The notes under the pieces were generated by a model. The model had not been told where the DNA came from, ran no database searches, and saw nothing but the letters and a program-made list of their open reading frames with translations. Made by a program: the position numbers and the translations under genes. Shown in pieces: positions 47,474-57,538 of a stretch of 64,000 nt of DNA (positions are counted from its first letter, which is position 1; each line of letters opens with the position of its first letter). The stretch is from Bdellovibrionota bacterium (GTDB lineage: Bacteria > Bdellovibrionota > UBA2428): NCBI GenBank assembly GCA_964201665.1, contig CAXNEW010000001.1, positions 2,623 to 66,622 of the forward strand, in the 5' to 3' direction.

Positions 47474-47905
47474 TCAAATTCGAACTTTTGCCTTTAGCGT
47501 TTTTGCTAAAACTTTTCTTCGATCGTCCGAATCGCGTACCCAGTCGATGTCACCCTTTTTCCACTCGTAAATTAATCCGAGCAAAAGAACAAAAAGAAAA
47601 GCAAAAGCTAATAGAAAAACGGCCGCACCCTCGCCAGACTGCAAAGAATCTCTAAACAAAACTAACACAGGAAAAAGGAGTGCTACCTCAACATCAAAAA
47701 CCAAAAAGCAAATCGCCACTAAGTAGAAACGATTATTAAACATTGAGTAGGCAGAACCCCTTGGAATTTCACCGCACTCATAAGTCATTTCTTTGCCAGC
47801 ATGTGGAAAGCTTGGCCTAAAAAATTTTGAAATAAATAGAATCGCCACCGGAAGAATGGCGGCTAAAACAACAAATGACAGAGCATTGCCTAACTCTTGG
47901 AGCAT
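47474..47905 (-). CDS. nuoA: NADH-quinone oxidoreductase subunit A (cluster 2)
   Basis: ..TYECGEIPRG......NRFYLVAICFLVFDVEVALLFP.. Confidence 0.8.
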   Translation of the reverse strand: MLQELGNALSFVVLAAILPVAILFISKFFRPSFPHAGKEMTYECGEIPRGSAYSMFNNRFYLVAICFLVFDVEVALLFPVLVLFRDSLQSGEGAAVFLLAFAFLFVLLLGLIYEWKKGDIDWVRDSDDRRKVLAKTLKAKVRI

Positions 47906-48068
47906 TATAAAAAGGTTTTACCATAGGTTTTAAAAATCAAACCACCCGGTTTTAAGAAAATTGATTTTTGTTTTGATGATTTCTGTTTTTGAGTAGGATC
48001 ACATCCTGTGGCGCAGACCCCGCAATGTTTGCGCGGCGAGTCGCCTTTGAATTGTTAAAAAAAACTGA

Positions 48069-51000
48069 ATGGTCAAATCAATCGAAACTCTTCCGAACCT
48101 TTCTGGTTTTTGTTGGAGGCTTTGGACTTCTTGTCTTTCTGAAGCAAAAAAACGCCCCGTAAAATTGGTTTGTCCTGATCTTTCTTGGGCCTACAATATT
48201 CGAGATGAAATTTTAATTCTTGATCCAGCCCTCAATGTTGAAATCCTTGCACCACTCGAAACAGACCTCACACGCAACCGAGGCCCATCACCGCAACGGA
48301 GGGCCCAAAGGCTTAAAGCACTCACCGCATTGGCCCACGAAATTCCTGGCCTGGTTTTAATCCCGGCAGAGTCTTTTGTTTTCCGGACACCTTCAAAAGA
48401 TTTTTTTTTAAATCAAACTCTGAAGCTACAGGCCCATGCCCCGCTTTCTCGAAATTCTCTGTCTGAAAGTCTGGCTCGATTGGGCTATTACCCCGTCGAA
48501 ATTGTCGAACAGCCTTTTCAATTTGCCGTTCGCGGATCAATTGTAGATTTATTTTCACCCCTTTTTGAATACCCCATTCGCCTTGAGCTTTTTGAAGATC
48601 TCATTCAATCCATCCGTACTTTTCATCCAGAATCACAACGCCGCATTAGCGATTTGTCAGAAGCCTGGGTTCCCCCGGCCTTTGAATTTGTTTTTCCTGC
48701 TAGTGAAAACGACCTTGCCTCTCTGAAAACTCAGTTGAGAGGTTTTTTGGACTCTTGGGATTGGCTGAAGGCTGAAAGGGATGCGCTCCTAACTCAGGTC
48801 GATCAAAAGAGCCTGTTTCCAACCCTTCCCTTTTGGTCTCAGTTTTTTCATGGCTCTCCTGCCGCTGAATTCTCTGAGTTAAATTGGATGGGGCCAATTG
48901 ATTTTATTGTTGAGAGTGAAGCCTGCCTTCGCAGCCTGGTTCTATCCTCTTCAGAGTTTTTCTCACATTTGATTCGGGCTCGCGAAGAGGGGGAATGGGT
49001 TCCCGACCCCGATGGGTTGTTTGTAAAAGAGAGCAAAACCCTTTTTGGAAATTTAATTGAAAGGTCGTCTTTTCTAGGTTTCCAAATTGGCAACACGCAG
49101 CTCTCCAGTGACCTGGCCCCCTCCGCAAAAATCCGGTCCACTGAGGCCCTTGCAACCCGCATTTTTTCTCGAATGCCTGAGCCCTCCGCCGAAAACAAAC
49201 ATCCCCTGCCGGTTGAAGGAAGCATTGCTGAGCTTCAAGAATTTACTTCTTCAGATTTCAAAATTATTTTTTGTGCATCAAACAATGCTCAGTTAGATCG
49301 GGTGAATTTTCTTGTTAAGCCTTATCACTGGCACTTTGATTTTTCTTCAAGCTGGGATCATGCCCTTGAATCCAAATCTCCGTTAGTTGGTGTCGTGGGT
49401 CCTCTGGAGTCTGGTCTTATAGATGAAGAAAAGAAAATTCTAGTTTTGAACGAAGAAATTCTACTTGGAACAAAAAAAAAGAGGGTTCCCGCTGGCCGTG
49501 GTTCTCAAAGCTCCTCTACTCTTTCCAAAAATGTTTTTGGCTCAGATCTCCTGCTTGTTGAGCTCAAGCCGGGAGATCTCGTTGTTCACAAGGAGCACGG
49601 TGTCGGAAAATATTTAGGGCTCAAAGTTATGAAGCTTTCAGGGGTTCCTGTTGAGCTTTTTGAAATCGAATACAAAGACCAACACAAACTTTTTGTTCCG
49701 GTCACCCGTCTTGGACTCATTCAAAAACACTCAACGGCAAACGAAGCTGCAACCCTCGACAAGTTGGGTGGGCAAAGTTGGGAAGAAAAAAAAGCAAAAG
49801 TTCGCAAAGATCTGCAATCCATTGCTGGCGAGCTTTTACATTTATATTCACTCAGGCAACTCTCTAAAGCCTCTCCTGTTTTACCAAGTGAAAATGATCT
49901 TCAATCTTTTGCAGCCTCCTTTCCTTTCACTGAAACTCCAGATCAACTTAAAGCTATTCATGATGTGTTGAATGATCTGAAAGGTCCACGCCCGATGGAT
50001 CGCCTAGTCTGCGGGGACGTGGGCTACGGAAAAACTGAAGTCGCGCTGAGGGCCGCACATGCTGCAGCCTCATGTGGATTTCAGGTGGCTATTTTGGTTC
50101 CCACCACTCTTCTTGCAATCCAACATGAGGCTCAGTTCAAAAAACGTCTTTCGCCCTTTGGAATTTCTGTTGCCGGGTTATCCAGATTTAAAAGCCCCAA
50201 GGAAGTTAAAGAAACTCATGAAAAACTCAAAACGGGTTCTTGTTCGGTTGTTATCGGGACCCATAAAATTTTATCCCAATCAGTGGGTTTCAAAAACTTA
50301 GGATTGCTTATCGTTGATGAAGAACAACGTTTTGGGGTTGTTCACAAAGAAAAAATTAAAAGGCTGCGATCCGACGTGCATGTTTTATCTATGACGGCCA
50401 CTCCTATTCCAAGGACTCTCAACATGTCGCTTTCTGGTATTCGAGATTTATCTATCATCACCACTCCTCCTCAGGACCGCATGAGTGTTCGCACTTTTAT
50501 TCAAAAAAAGAAAGGCTCACTTATTTCTGAGGCTCTTCTTCACGAGCTGAGGCGGGGCGGCCAAGTTTTTTATGTTCACAATCGAGTTATGGACATCGAA
50601 AAGGAACTTGCCTTTGTTCGCGAAAATAGTCCGCCGGGCACAACTCTTGATGTTGTTCATGGCCAAATGGATCCGGCCCAACTTGAAGAACGTATGCTTC
50701 GTTTTTATGAGGGGAAAACCCAGGTTCTGGTGACAACTGCAATTATTGAATCTGGACTTGATGTACCAAGGGCAAACACCCTTATCGTAGACCGGGCAGA
50801 CGCTTTTGGACTTGCACAGCTCTACCAAATTAGAGGACGAGTCGGTCGCTCAACTTTGCGAGGATACGCGTACTTTTTACTTCCTGAAAAAGGTGTCATT
50901 AGCCAGGACGCCGAAGAACGTCTTCGTGTTCTGGAGGCCTATCAAGAACTTGGCTCAGGCTTTCATATCGCAAGTCATGACCTTGAAATTCGAGGTTCAG

Positions 51001-51572
51001 GAGACCTTTTAGGGCGCAGCCAAAGCGGAAGTATTTCGGCTCTTGGTTTTGACGCCTACATCGAACTCTTAAACGAGGCCGTCGCAGAAATTAAAGGCGA
51101 AAGCTTGGCCCAGGCCATTGATCCCGAAATCAATATTGGAATCGACACCGTCATCCCCGATTTTTACATCCCTGAAATTGGTTTAAGGCTTTTGTTTTAT
51201 CGTCGCCTGGCTTCCGCCTCGGATGAATCTGAAATTGATGTTCTTGCAGAAGAAATTGAAGACCGCTTTGGCACTCCCACCCCTGGCACACAGGGTTTGT
51301 TTTCGGCCATGAAAATCAAATGCCTCCTACGTCGATTGGCGGTGAGGTCTTTGTCTGCAGGACCCTCGGGCTACTCCGTTGCATTTGACCCCTCTACCCC
51401 TGTTTTACCTGCAAAAATGGTTTCCGCCGTGCAAAAATATCCCCTTCACTTTCAGTTTTCTCCAGATGGCCGCCTCTTAATTAAAAAAATTCACGCCGAA
51501 TCTGATCCACAAAAAATTGTGCGGGGCATCGAAACTGCGCTTACTGAAATTGAGTCCTGGTGTCGCAGGTAG
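48069..51572 (+). CDS. mfd: Transcription-repair coupling factor
   Basis: 1167 aa. CarD/TRCF RNAP-interacting segment (..GDLVVHKEHGVGKYLG..). Superfamily 2 helicase motifs (GDVGYGKTEVA, DEEQRFG, ..TATPIPRTL..). C-terminal TRG motif region. Confidence 0.9.
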   Translation: MVKSIETLPNLSGFCWRLWTSCLSEAKKRPVKLVCPDLSWAYNIRDEILILDPALNVEILAPLETDLTRNRGPSPQRRAQRLKALTALAHEIPGLVLIPAESFVFRTPSKDFFLNQTLKLQAHAPLSRNSLSESLARLGYYPVEIVEQPFQFAVRGSIVDLFSPLFEYPIRLELFEDLIQSIRTFHPESQRRISDLSEAWVPPAFEFVFPASENDLASLKTQLRGFLDSWDWLKAERDALLTQVDQKSLFPTLPFWSQFFHGSPAAEFSELNWMGPIDFIVESEACLRSLVLSSSEFFSHLIRAREEGEWVPDPDGLFVKESKTLFGNLIERSSFLGFQIGNTQLSSDLAPSAKIRSTEALATRIFSRMPEPSAENKHPLPVEGSIAELQEFTSSDFKIIFCASNNAQLDRVNFLVKPYHWHFDFSSSWDHALESKSPLVGVVGPLESGLIDEEKKILVLNEEILLGTKKKRVPAGRGSQSSSTLSKNVFGSDLLLVELKPGDLVVHKEHGVGKYLGLKVMKLSGVPVELFEIEYKDQHKLFVPVTRLGLIQKHSTANEAATLDKLGGQSWEEKKAKVRKDLQSIAGELLHLYSLRQLSKASPVLPSENDLQSFAASFPFTETPDQLKAIHDVLNDLKGPRPMDRLVCGDVGYGKTEVALRAAHAAASCGFQVAILVPTTLLAIQHEAQFKKRLSPFGISVAGLSRFKSPKEVKETHEKLKTGSCSVVIGTHKILSQSVGFKNLGLLIVDEEQRFGVVHKEKIKRLRSDVHVLSMTATPIPRTLNMSLSGIRDLSIITTPPQDRMSVRTFIQKKKGSLISEALLHELRRGGQVFYVHNRVMDIEKELAFVRENSPPGTTLDVVHGQMDPAQLEERMLRFYEGKTQVLVTTAIIESGLDVPRANTLIVDRADAFGLAQLYQIRGRVGRSTLRGYAYFLLPEKGVISQDAEERLRVLEAYQELGSGFHIASHDLEIRGSGDLLGRSQSGSISALGFDAYIELLNEAVAEIKGESLAQAIDPEINIGIDTVIPDFYIPEIGLRLLFYRRLASASDESEIDVLAEEIEDRFGTPTPGTQGLFSAMKIKCLLRRLAVRSLSAGPSGYSVAFDPSTPVLPAKMVSAVQKYPLHFQFSPDGRLLIKKIHAESDPQKIVRGIETALTEIESWCRR

Positions 51573-51616
51573 CTAGGCTCTGTTACAGTAAACATTAAGT
51601 CTTCGGAGGGTTTCCT

Positions 51617-52474
51617 ATGAAAAATCAACTCATTACCGCACTTCTATTTTACGGACCTGCCTTTTTTTCGGTTTCCGCATTTTCACAAGCTCAAACAAAA
51701 AAAGGAACCTCGGTGGTGGCCACAGTAAACGATCGTAAAATCACCCTGGACGAATTCAACACTCGATATGAGCAAAATTCGGCCCTGATTCCAGGCAGAG
51801 CTCCAGACAAACCTGAAGTTCTAAAACAAATTGTCTATTTTGAGCTCGCAGTGCAAGAAGCTCGTCGACAAAAAATTCATCTCGATGCGGCCCTCAAAGA
51901 ACAATTTGATTTGCTTCTTTATCAAGCTCTTTTGAGGCGAAATGTGCAACCTAAAATTGATGCTCTCGATGTTTCTGAGGCGGATGTTAAAAAATATTAC
52001 GAAAAAAATCCTTTGATTCGTACTAGCCACATCATTCTTTTAACCAAACCCGGAATGACCGCCGACGAGTCCAAGCAACTTCGAACTCAAGCTGAAAAAA
52101 TTCTTGCTCAGGTGAAAGAAAAGAAAAAAGGTTTTGAAGAGCTCGCTCGCCAGTATTCCGAAGGGCCCTCAGCAAAAACTGGCGGGGACGTTGATTGGGG
52201 AGCCCGCCACAAACTTTTGCCTGAATACTATGAAGCTGCTTTAGCGCTAAAAAACATTGGCGACACCACCGACGTCATTGAGACCCCCTATGGCATGCAC
52301 ATCATAAAATTAACGGGCAAACAGCCCTTCGCTAAGCTTGACGCTGTATATCGCGATTTTATTATTCGTACTCTAAGAGAAAACAAAGGCCAGTCTGTTT
52401 ACACCGATTATTTTGAAGATCTAAAAGGCAAGCCCTACAATAAAGTGGTGGTCTCGCCTGAATTACTCAATTAA
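51617..52474 (+). CDS. Parvulin-type peptidyl-prolyl cis-trans isomerase (PpiC/PrsA-like), exported
   Basis: A signal peptide is present, and ..SEGPSAKTGGDVDWGARHKLLPEYYEAA....TPYGMHIIKL.. is a rotamase domain. Confidence 0.75.
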   Translation: MKNQLITALLFYGPAFFSVSAFSQAQTKKGTSVVATVNDRKITLDEFNTRYEQNSALIPGRAPDKPEVLKQIVYFELAVQEARRQKIHLDAALKEQFDLLLYQALLRRNVQPKIDALDVSEADVKKYYEKNPLIRTSHIILLTKPGMTADESKQLRTQAEKILAQVKEKKKGFEELARQYSEGPSAKTGGDVDWGARHKLLPEYYEAALALKNIGDTTDVIETPYGMHIIKLTGKQPFAKLDAVYRDFIIRTLRENKGQSVYTDYFEDLKGKPYNKVVVSPELLN

Positions 52475-52484
52475 GAATTGAGGC

Positions 52485-53408
52485 GTGCCTCGATTTGTTT
52501 ATAATTTAAACTCGTTTTTTCTACTTATTTCCATTGGGCTGTTTTGTTCTCGCAGTTTTGCCGCAGACCTTTTTTTAGATGGTGTAGCGGCTGTCGTGGG
52601 TGACTCCCCGATACTTTTTTCTGATGTAAAAAAACTAAAAGCCGAAGTTTCGATGACTCCTCTTTTAGCCCAGGCTTATCGTATTGAACCAAAAAATGTT
52701 ACGGACTCCCAAGTTTTAGATCGTTTGATTGAAGAAAAAATTGTTCGCATTGAAACCCGCGCCCTCGAAATTCGGGTTTCCGATGCCGAAGTTGAAAACC
52801 AACTCAAGTCTATAGCTAAACAAAATGGAATTACACGGGCCCAACTTGAGGCCTCTCTCAAGGCCGAAAAAATTTCTATTGATGTTCACAAAGAAAATAT
52901 CCGCTCCCAACTCGAGCGTCGAGACCTCTTTGACCGAGTTCTCCGTCGTGGCGGCGGAGTTTCTGAAGAAGAGCTCAGGAAAATTTTTTTTGAATCAGCC
53001 CCCAAAGAGTTAAAAATTTTCGCCCTCTCAGTTCGAAACAACGAACTGGCCCGAAAAAATTTTGAGGCCCTAAAACTAAGAGTGGATACCGGGAAAGCTC
53101 CCTTTAGAGAAATCGTAGCCCAATCTGGCGCCGAAGAAGTGGGCTGGGTTTCAATGGATCAACTTGACCCTAAAGTTGCAAAAATTTTGTCTGATGCTAA
53201 AGCCGGACAAGCCTACGGCCCCATGGAAATTAAAGGCGTCTTGCAACTGATTTTTGTTGATTCCTTGAGGGCGGGCTCGGAAGAATCTTTCCAGGCCAAA
53301 AAAAACGAACTCATGGTAAGAGCGCAGTCTGAAGACTTTGAAAGTCGCTTTTCGTTTTGGTTGGAGTCGAAAAAAAGAGAACTCCATATAGTGGTAAACA
53401 CAAAATGA
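52485..53408 (+). CDS. SurA-like periplasmic chaperone (SurA_N-like domain, degenerate PPIase region)
   Basis: GTG start with a signal-like N-terminus. ..DGVAAVVGDSPILFSDV...LIEEKIV.. is typical of SurA N-terminal domains. Confidence 0.55.
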   Translation: MPRFVYNLNSFFLLISIGLFCSRSFAADLFLDGVAAVVGDSPILFSDVKKLKAEVSMTPLLAQAYRIEPKNVTDSQVLDRLIEEKIVRIETRALEIRVSDAEVENQLKSIAKQNGITRAQLEASLKAEKISIDVHKENIRSQLERRDLFDRVLRRGGGVSEEELRKIFFESAPKELKIFALSVRNNELARKNFEALKLRVDTGKAPFREIVAQSGAEEVGWVSMDQLDPKVAKILSDAKAGQAYGPMEIKGVLQLIFVDSLRAGSEESFQAKKNELMVRAQSEDFESRFSFWLESKKRELHIVVNTK

Positions 53409-54814
53409 GTAGTCTTTTTAGAGAATACGACATTCGCGGAATTGCTGAATCTGAGCTCACCCCTCAAATTGCGTGGGCATTAGGCAAGGCTTTAGGCGAA
53501 AAAATTAAAGCTGCAGGTGAGCAATATGTTTATGTAGGTCAGGACGTTCGTCTGTCCTCCCCGCGACTAGCTCAGAATCTTTCTTGGGGTTTAGAAAACT
53601 CTGGTTTAAAAGTTATTCGAATTGGCGAAGGCCCCACCCCTCTGCTTTATTTTAGCGCTGCCCGCCCCTTGCCTCATCACAAAACAAATTCTGGCATTAT
53701 GGTTACGGGAAGCCACAACCCCCCTGAATTTAATGGGTTTAAAATGGTTGTTGGTGGCAAGACCCTATATGGCGATCAGATTCAGGAACTAAAAAAATCA
53801 GTTGAAAAATATTTATCCGAGAAACCACCGACATCGTCTGAGTTAATTTCAGGGACCTTTGAATCCGTAAGCCGTTTTGAGAACTACGTTTCATTTTTAA
53901 AAAATAATATCTCCGTCAAGAAAAAGGTTCGCGTAGTTCTTGACGCTGGCAACGGGGCCGCTGGCCCCCTCGCTGTTAAGACCTTTGAGGCTCTCGGATG
54001 TGATGTCATTTCTATTTTCTGTGATCCCGATGGCCGATTTCCAAATCACCATCCGGACCCCACGGTTCCAAAAAATCTCGTTCATCTTCAAAAAGCTGTG
54101 ATTGAGCATAAAGCTGATTTAGGAATTGGCTTTGATGGAGATGGGGATCGGATCGGGGCGGTCACCTCAACGGGCAGGATTCTCTTTGGTGACCACCTCA
54201 TTTTGTATCTTTCTAGAGACATCATTGCTGAAGTCAAAAATCCTACAATTATTTCTGATGTAAAAAGTAGTCAGGTTTTGTTTGATGAGCTCAAAAAATT
54301 AGGAGCCAATCCGATCCTTTGGAAAACCGGACACAGCCTCATTAAAGCTAAACTTTTTGAAACTGGGGCCCAGCTCGCAGGCGAAATGTCGGGACACATT
54401 TTTTTTAAACATCGATATTTGGGTTTTGATGATGCCATATATGCCGGAGCCCGCCTTGTTGAGTCCTTGAGCAAACGGACCGAAACTCTTGATCAATTTT
54501 TGGACTCACTTCCCCCTTGCTTTAACACCCCAGAAATTAGAGTGGATTGTCCGGATGACAGAAAATTCGAAGTCGTTAAAGAAATGGTTTTAGAAGCAAA
54601 GAAACAGTTCAAAGATCAGGTTTTTGATTTAGACGGAGCGCGAATTAAATTCCCCTTTGGGTGGGGCTTAGTTAGGGCTTCAAACACTCAGCCCATACTG
54701 GTTTTTCGTTTTGAAGCTTCATCCAAAGAAAATTTACCCAAAGTTCGAAAGGTTTTTGTCGATCTCCTGGGCGGAATCGACAAGACCATTACGATTCCTC
54801 CGATTGAATCTTAG
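53405..54814 (+). CDS. Phosphomannomutase/phosphoglucomutase
   Basis: [14 protein letters not shown].., the active-site loop ..[17 protein letters not shown].., and ..GFDGDGDR.. The start at ATG 53405 forms an ATGA overlap with the upstream stop. Confidence 0.85.
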   Translation: MSSLFREYDIRGIAESELTPQIAWALGKALGEKIKAAGEQYVYVGQDVRLSSPRLAQNLSWGLENSGLKVIRIGEGPTPLLYFSAARPLPHHKTNSGIMVTGSHNPPEFNGFKMVVGGKTLYGDQIQELKKSVEKYLSEKPPTSSELISGTFESVSRFENYVSFLKNNISVKKKVRVVLDAGNGAAGPLAVKTFEALGCDVISIFCDPDGRFPNHHPDPTVPKNLVHLQKAVIEHKADLGIGFDGDGDRIGAVTSTGRILFGDHLILYLSRDIIAEVKNPTIISDVKSSQVLFDELKKLGANPILWKTGHSLIKAKLFETGAQLAGEMSGHIFFKHRYLGFDDAIYAGARLVESLSKRTETLDQFLDSLPPCFNTPEIRVDCPDDRKFEVVKEMVLEAKKQFKDQVFDLDGARIKFPFGWGLVRASNTQPILVFRFEASSKENLPKVRKVFVDLLGGIDKTITIPPIES

Positions 54815-54832
54815 GAACATAGAAAAACACAA

Positions 54833-57445
54833 ATGGACTTTTTTGGCGCCCCAGAATCAATAATCATTCGTGGTGCCAGGCAAAATAATCTTAAAAATAT
54901 CTCTCTTGATTTACCCCTCGAAAAACTTGTGGTTATCACGGGCCCGTCGGGTTCGGGTAAATCTTCTCTTGCCTTTGATACACTGTTTGCCGAAGGCCAA
55001 CGCCGGTACATTGAAAGCCTCTCCGCTTATGCCCGCCAGTTTTTAGAGCAGGTTTCCAAGCCTGATGTTGACCTGATTGACGGCCTGTCTCCAGCAATTG
55101 CGATTGAACAAAAAACGATTTCGAGTCATCCCAGATCCACAGTTGGAACTGTCACAAATATTTATGATTATTTGCGACTTCTCTTTGCCCGATTGGGATC
55201 TGTAATTGACCCCGAATCCGGAACTGCTCTTCAGAAACAAACCGAAGAAGATATTTTTAATTCCCTTGATAATTTGGGCGCAGGCGAAAAGGTTCAAATT
55301 TTTGCTTCTGTTGTGCGTGGCCGAAAGGGTGAATTTTTAAGAGAATTTGAACAATGGCGGAGAGCAGGTTTTACAAAAGTAAGAATCGACGGGAAATTTT
55401 TTGATCTTCACGATCCCATTCTGATCAGTCGCCATCAGCAGCACGATATTGATATTTTGTTAGATGTAGTAACGGTTGGCGCAATTGAAACGCCCAGTCG
55501 ACTTAAAGAGGCCTTAGTGCTTGCTGATAAATATTCAGAAGGAGCCCTCAGGGTTGTTCGTCGCTCGGATGGAAATGAAAATCTTTTTTCTAAAAAACTG
55601 GTTTCATTTTCTTCAGGATCAAGTTTTCCAGATTTAGAGCCCCGATTGTTTTCCTTTAATTCTCCACATGGTATGTGCGCATCCTGTAAAGGTACGGGCT
55701 GGGTGGAAAAGGGTCACAAAGCTTCGGCTAAAAGACCCTCTATTAAAAACCTGATCGTCGACGAAGATTTAGTCGAAGAGACTGAAGGCGAGGAACTCGA
55801 AAATTTCGAAACCTGTGGTCAGTGCAAGGGTTCCAGGCTGCGACCAGAGGCGCTCTGTGTAAGAATTGCCGAAAAAACTATTTCTGAATTGTGTGAAAAA
55901 AGCTGCATCGACCTAAAATCATTTTTTGAAAAAGAAATACCCGAGAGCCTTGCAAAACATCCGGTCATGCAACGAATTGGCGCTGAAGTCATTTCACGCC
56001 TGCATTTTTTAATTAATGTGGGTGTTGGGTATTTATCTCTGAATCGTGGCACTCAATCCCTCTCTGGAGGAGAGGCTCAACGCATACGCCTCGCCACTCA
56101 ACTGGGCTCCCAATTGAGTGGAGTTCTGTATGTTCTTGACGAGCCCTCGATTGGACTTCACCCAAGAGATCAACAAAAACTTCTAACGAGCCTCAAAAAT
56201 CTGAGAGACCTTGGCAATACGGTCGTGGTTGTAGAGCACGATGAAGAAACAATGCTTGCTGCCGATTTCTTGGTTGATATTGGTCCAGGCGCCGGTATTC
56301 ACGGTGGAAACGTCGTGGCCATCGGGGCTCCTGAAAAATTTCTAAAAGATTTTTCTGAAAGTTCTACTGCGCGGTTTCTAACCAAGAAAGATTTTGTGTT
56401 TGAGCCTCACGACCCCAGGACTGGAAACTCAAAAACTATTGATATTTTGGGCTGCAAGGGCCACAATTTAAAAGACGTCAACCTTTCGCTTCCTCTAGGT
56501 AAATTTATAGTTTTTTCGGGCGTCAGTGGATCTGGGAAATCCTCTTTAGTTCGAGATACTTTAGAAAAAGCTTTAATAAAAAAAATGTATCATTCCCTGC
56601 AAGAGCCCCTGCATTTTAAAGAAATGCGTGGCTTTGATAACGTAGACAAAGTCGTTCACGTTGACCAAAAACCCATTGGACGAACCCCGCGAAGTAATCC
56701 TGCCACCTATACTGGATTGTTTTCACTCCTTAGGACTCTTTATTCTCAAAGCCCTGATGCACAAATTCGCGGCTACACTCCAGGAACCTTCAGCTTCAAT
56801 GTCAAAGGTGGCCGATGTGACAATTGTGAGGGTGCAGGTCGAGTAAAAGTTGAAATGCATTTTATGGCGGATGTTTTTGTTCCCTGTGAGGTTTGTCACG
56901 GACGCCGTTACCGGCGTGAAGTTCTAGAAGTTCGTTTTCGGGGCAAAAGTGTTTCCGATGTTTTGGACCTTTCAATCGAAGAAGCTCTACCGGTTTTTGA
57001 AAACCAGCCCTTAATCGAGCCCAAACTCAGGACTCTTTTAGATGTGGGCCTGGGTTACATAAAATTAGGTCAATCTGCCACCACACTTTCTGGCGGAGAA
57101 GCTCAGCGCATTAAACTTGCGCGCGAACTTTCAAAGCGCTCCACAGGAAAAACAATTTACTTTTTAGACGAGCCCTCAACCGGGCTTCACTTTGATGATG
57201 TTAAAAAATTACTGGTTTTACTGCAAAAGCTCGTAGACTTAGGAAACACAGTAGTAGTGATCGAACACAATCTAGATATTATTTGCGCAGCCGACTGGGT
57301 TGTAGATTTAGGTCCCGAAGCCGCCCAAAATGGCGGCAAAATAGTTTTTGAAGGTTCACCTTTAGATCTCGCCAAAGCGAAATCTACCACCAGCCTCACA
57401 GCAAAATTTGTAAAAGAATATTTCGAAAAACGCGGCCTACTATAG
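54833..57445 (+). CDS. uvrA: Excinuclease ABC subunit A (short, 870 aa)
   Basis: Two ABC modules ([23 protein letters not shown].., [11 protein letters not shown]..), signature LSGGEAQR twice, and the C-terminal zinc module CDNCEGAG...CEVCHGRRY. Confidence 0.9.
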   Translation: MDFFGAPESIIIRGARQNNLKNISLDLPLEKLVVITGPSGSGKSSLAFDTLFAEGQRRYIESLSAYARQFLEQVSKPDVDLIDGLSPAIAIEQKTISSHPRSTVGTVTNIYDYLRLLFARLGSVIDPESGTALQKQTEEDIFNSLDNLGAGEKVQIFASVVRGRKGEFLREFEQWRRAGFTKVRIDGKFFDLHDPILISRHQQHDIDILLDVVTVGAIETPSRLKEALVLADKYSEGALRVVRRSDGNENLFSKKLVSFSSGSSFPDLEPRLFSFNSPHGMCASCKGTGWVEKGHKASAKRPSIKNLIVDEDLVEETEGEELENFETCGQCKGSRLRPEALCVRIAEKTISELCEKSCIDLKSFFEKEIPESLAKHPVMQRIGAEVISRLHFLINVGVGYLSLNRGTQSLSGGEAQRIRLATQLGSQLSGVLYVLDEPSIGLHPRDQQKLLTSLKNLRDLGNTVVVVEHDEETMLAADFLVDIGPGAGIHGGNVVAIGAPEKFLKDFSESSTARFLTKKDFVFEPHDPRTGNSKTIDILGCKGHNLKDVNLSLPLGKFIVFSGVSGSGKSSLVRDTLEKALIKKMYHSLQEPLHFKEMRGFDNVDKVVHVDQKPIGRTPRSNPATYTGLFSLLRTLYSQSPDAQIRGYTPGTFSFNVKGGRCDNCEGAGRVKVEMHFMADVFVPCEVCHGRRYRREVLEVRFRGKSVSDVLDLSIEEALPVFENQPLIEPKLRTLLDVGLGYIKLGQSATTLSGGEAQRIKLARELSKRSTGKTIYFLDEPSTGLHFDDVKKLLVLLQKLVDLGNTVVVIEHNLDIICAADWVVDLGPEAAQNGGKIVFEGSPLDLAKAKSTTSLTAKFVKEYFEKRGLL

Positions 57446-57538
57446 TCCTTGAAAAAAATTGCCTACAAATTTAAAGATCACGGGGCAAGAATCTACAAAG
57501 TACGCGCCTAAGGTCATTCCGACCAACGGGAGGAATCT

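Noticed and set aside
48848-49225. A 125-aa minus-strand ORF, and neighbouring ORFs, inside mfd.
   Set aside because: They are antisense to a 1167-aa gene with complete Mfd motifs, and no RBS or family features are present.
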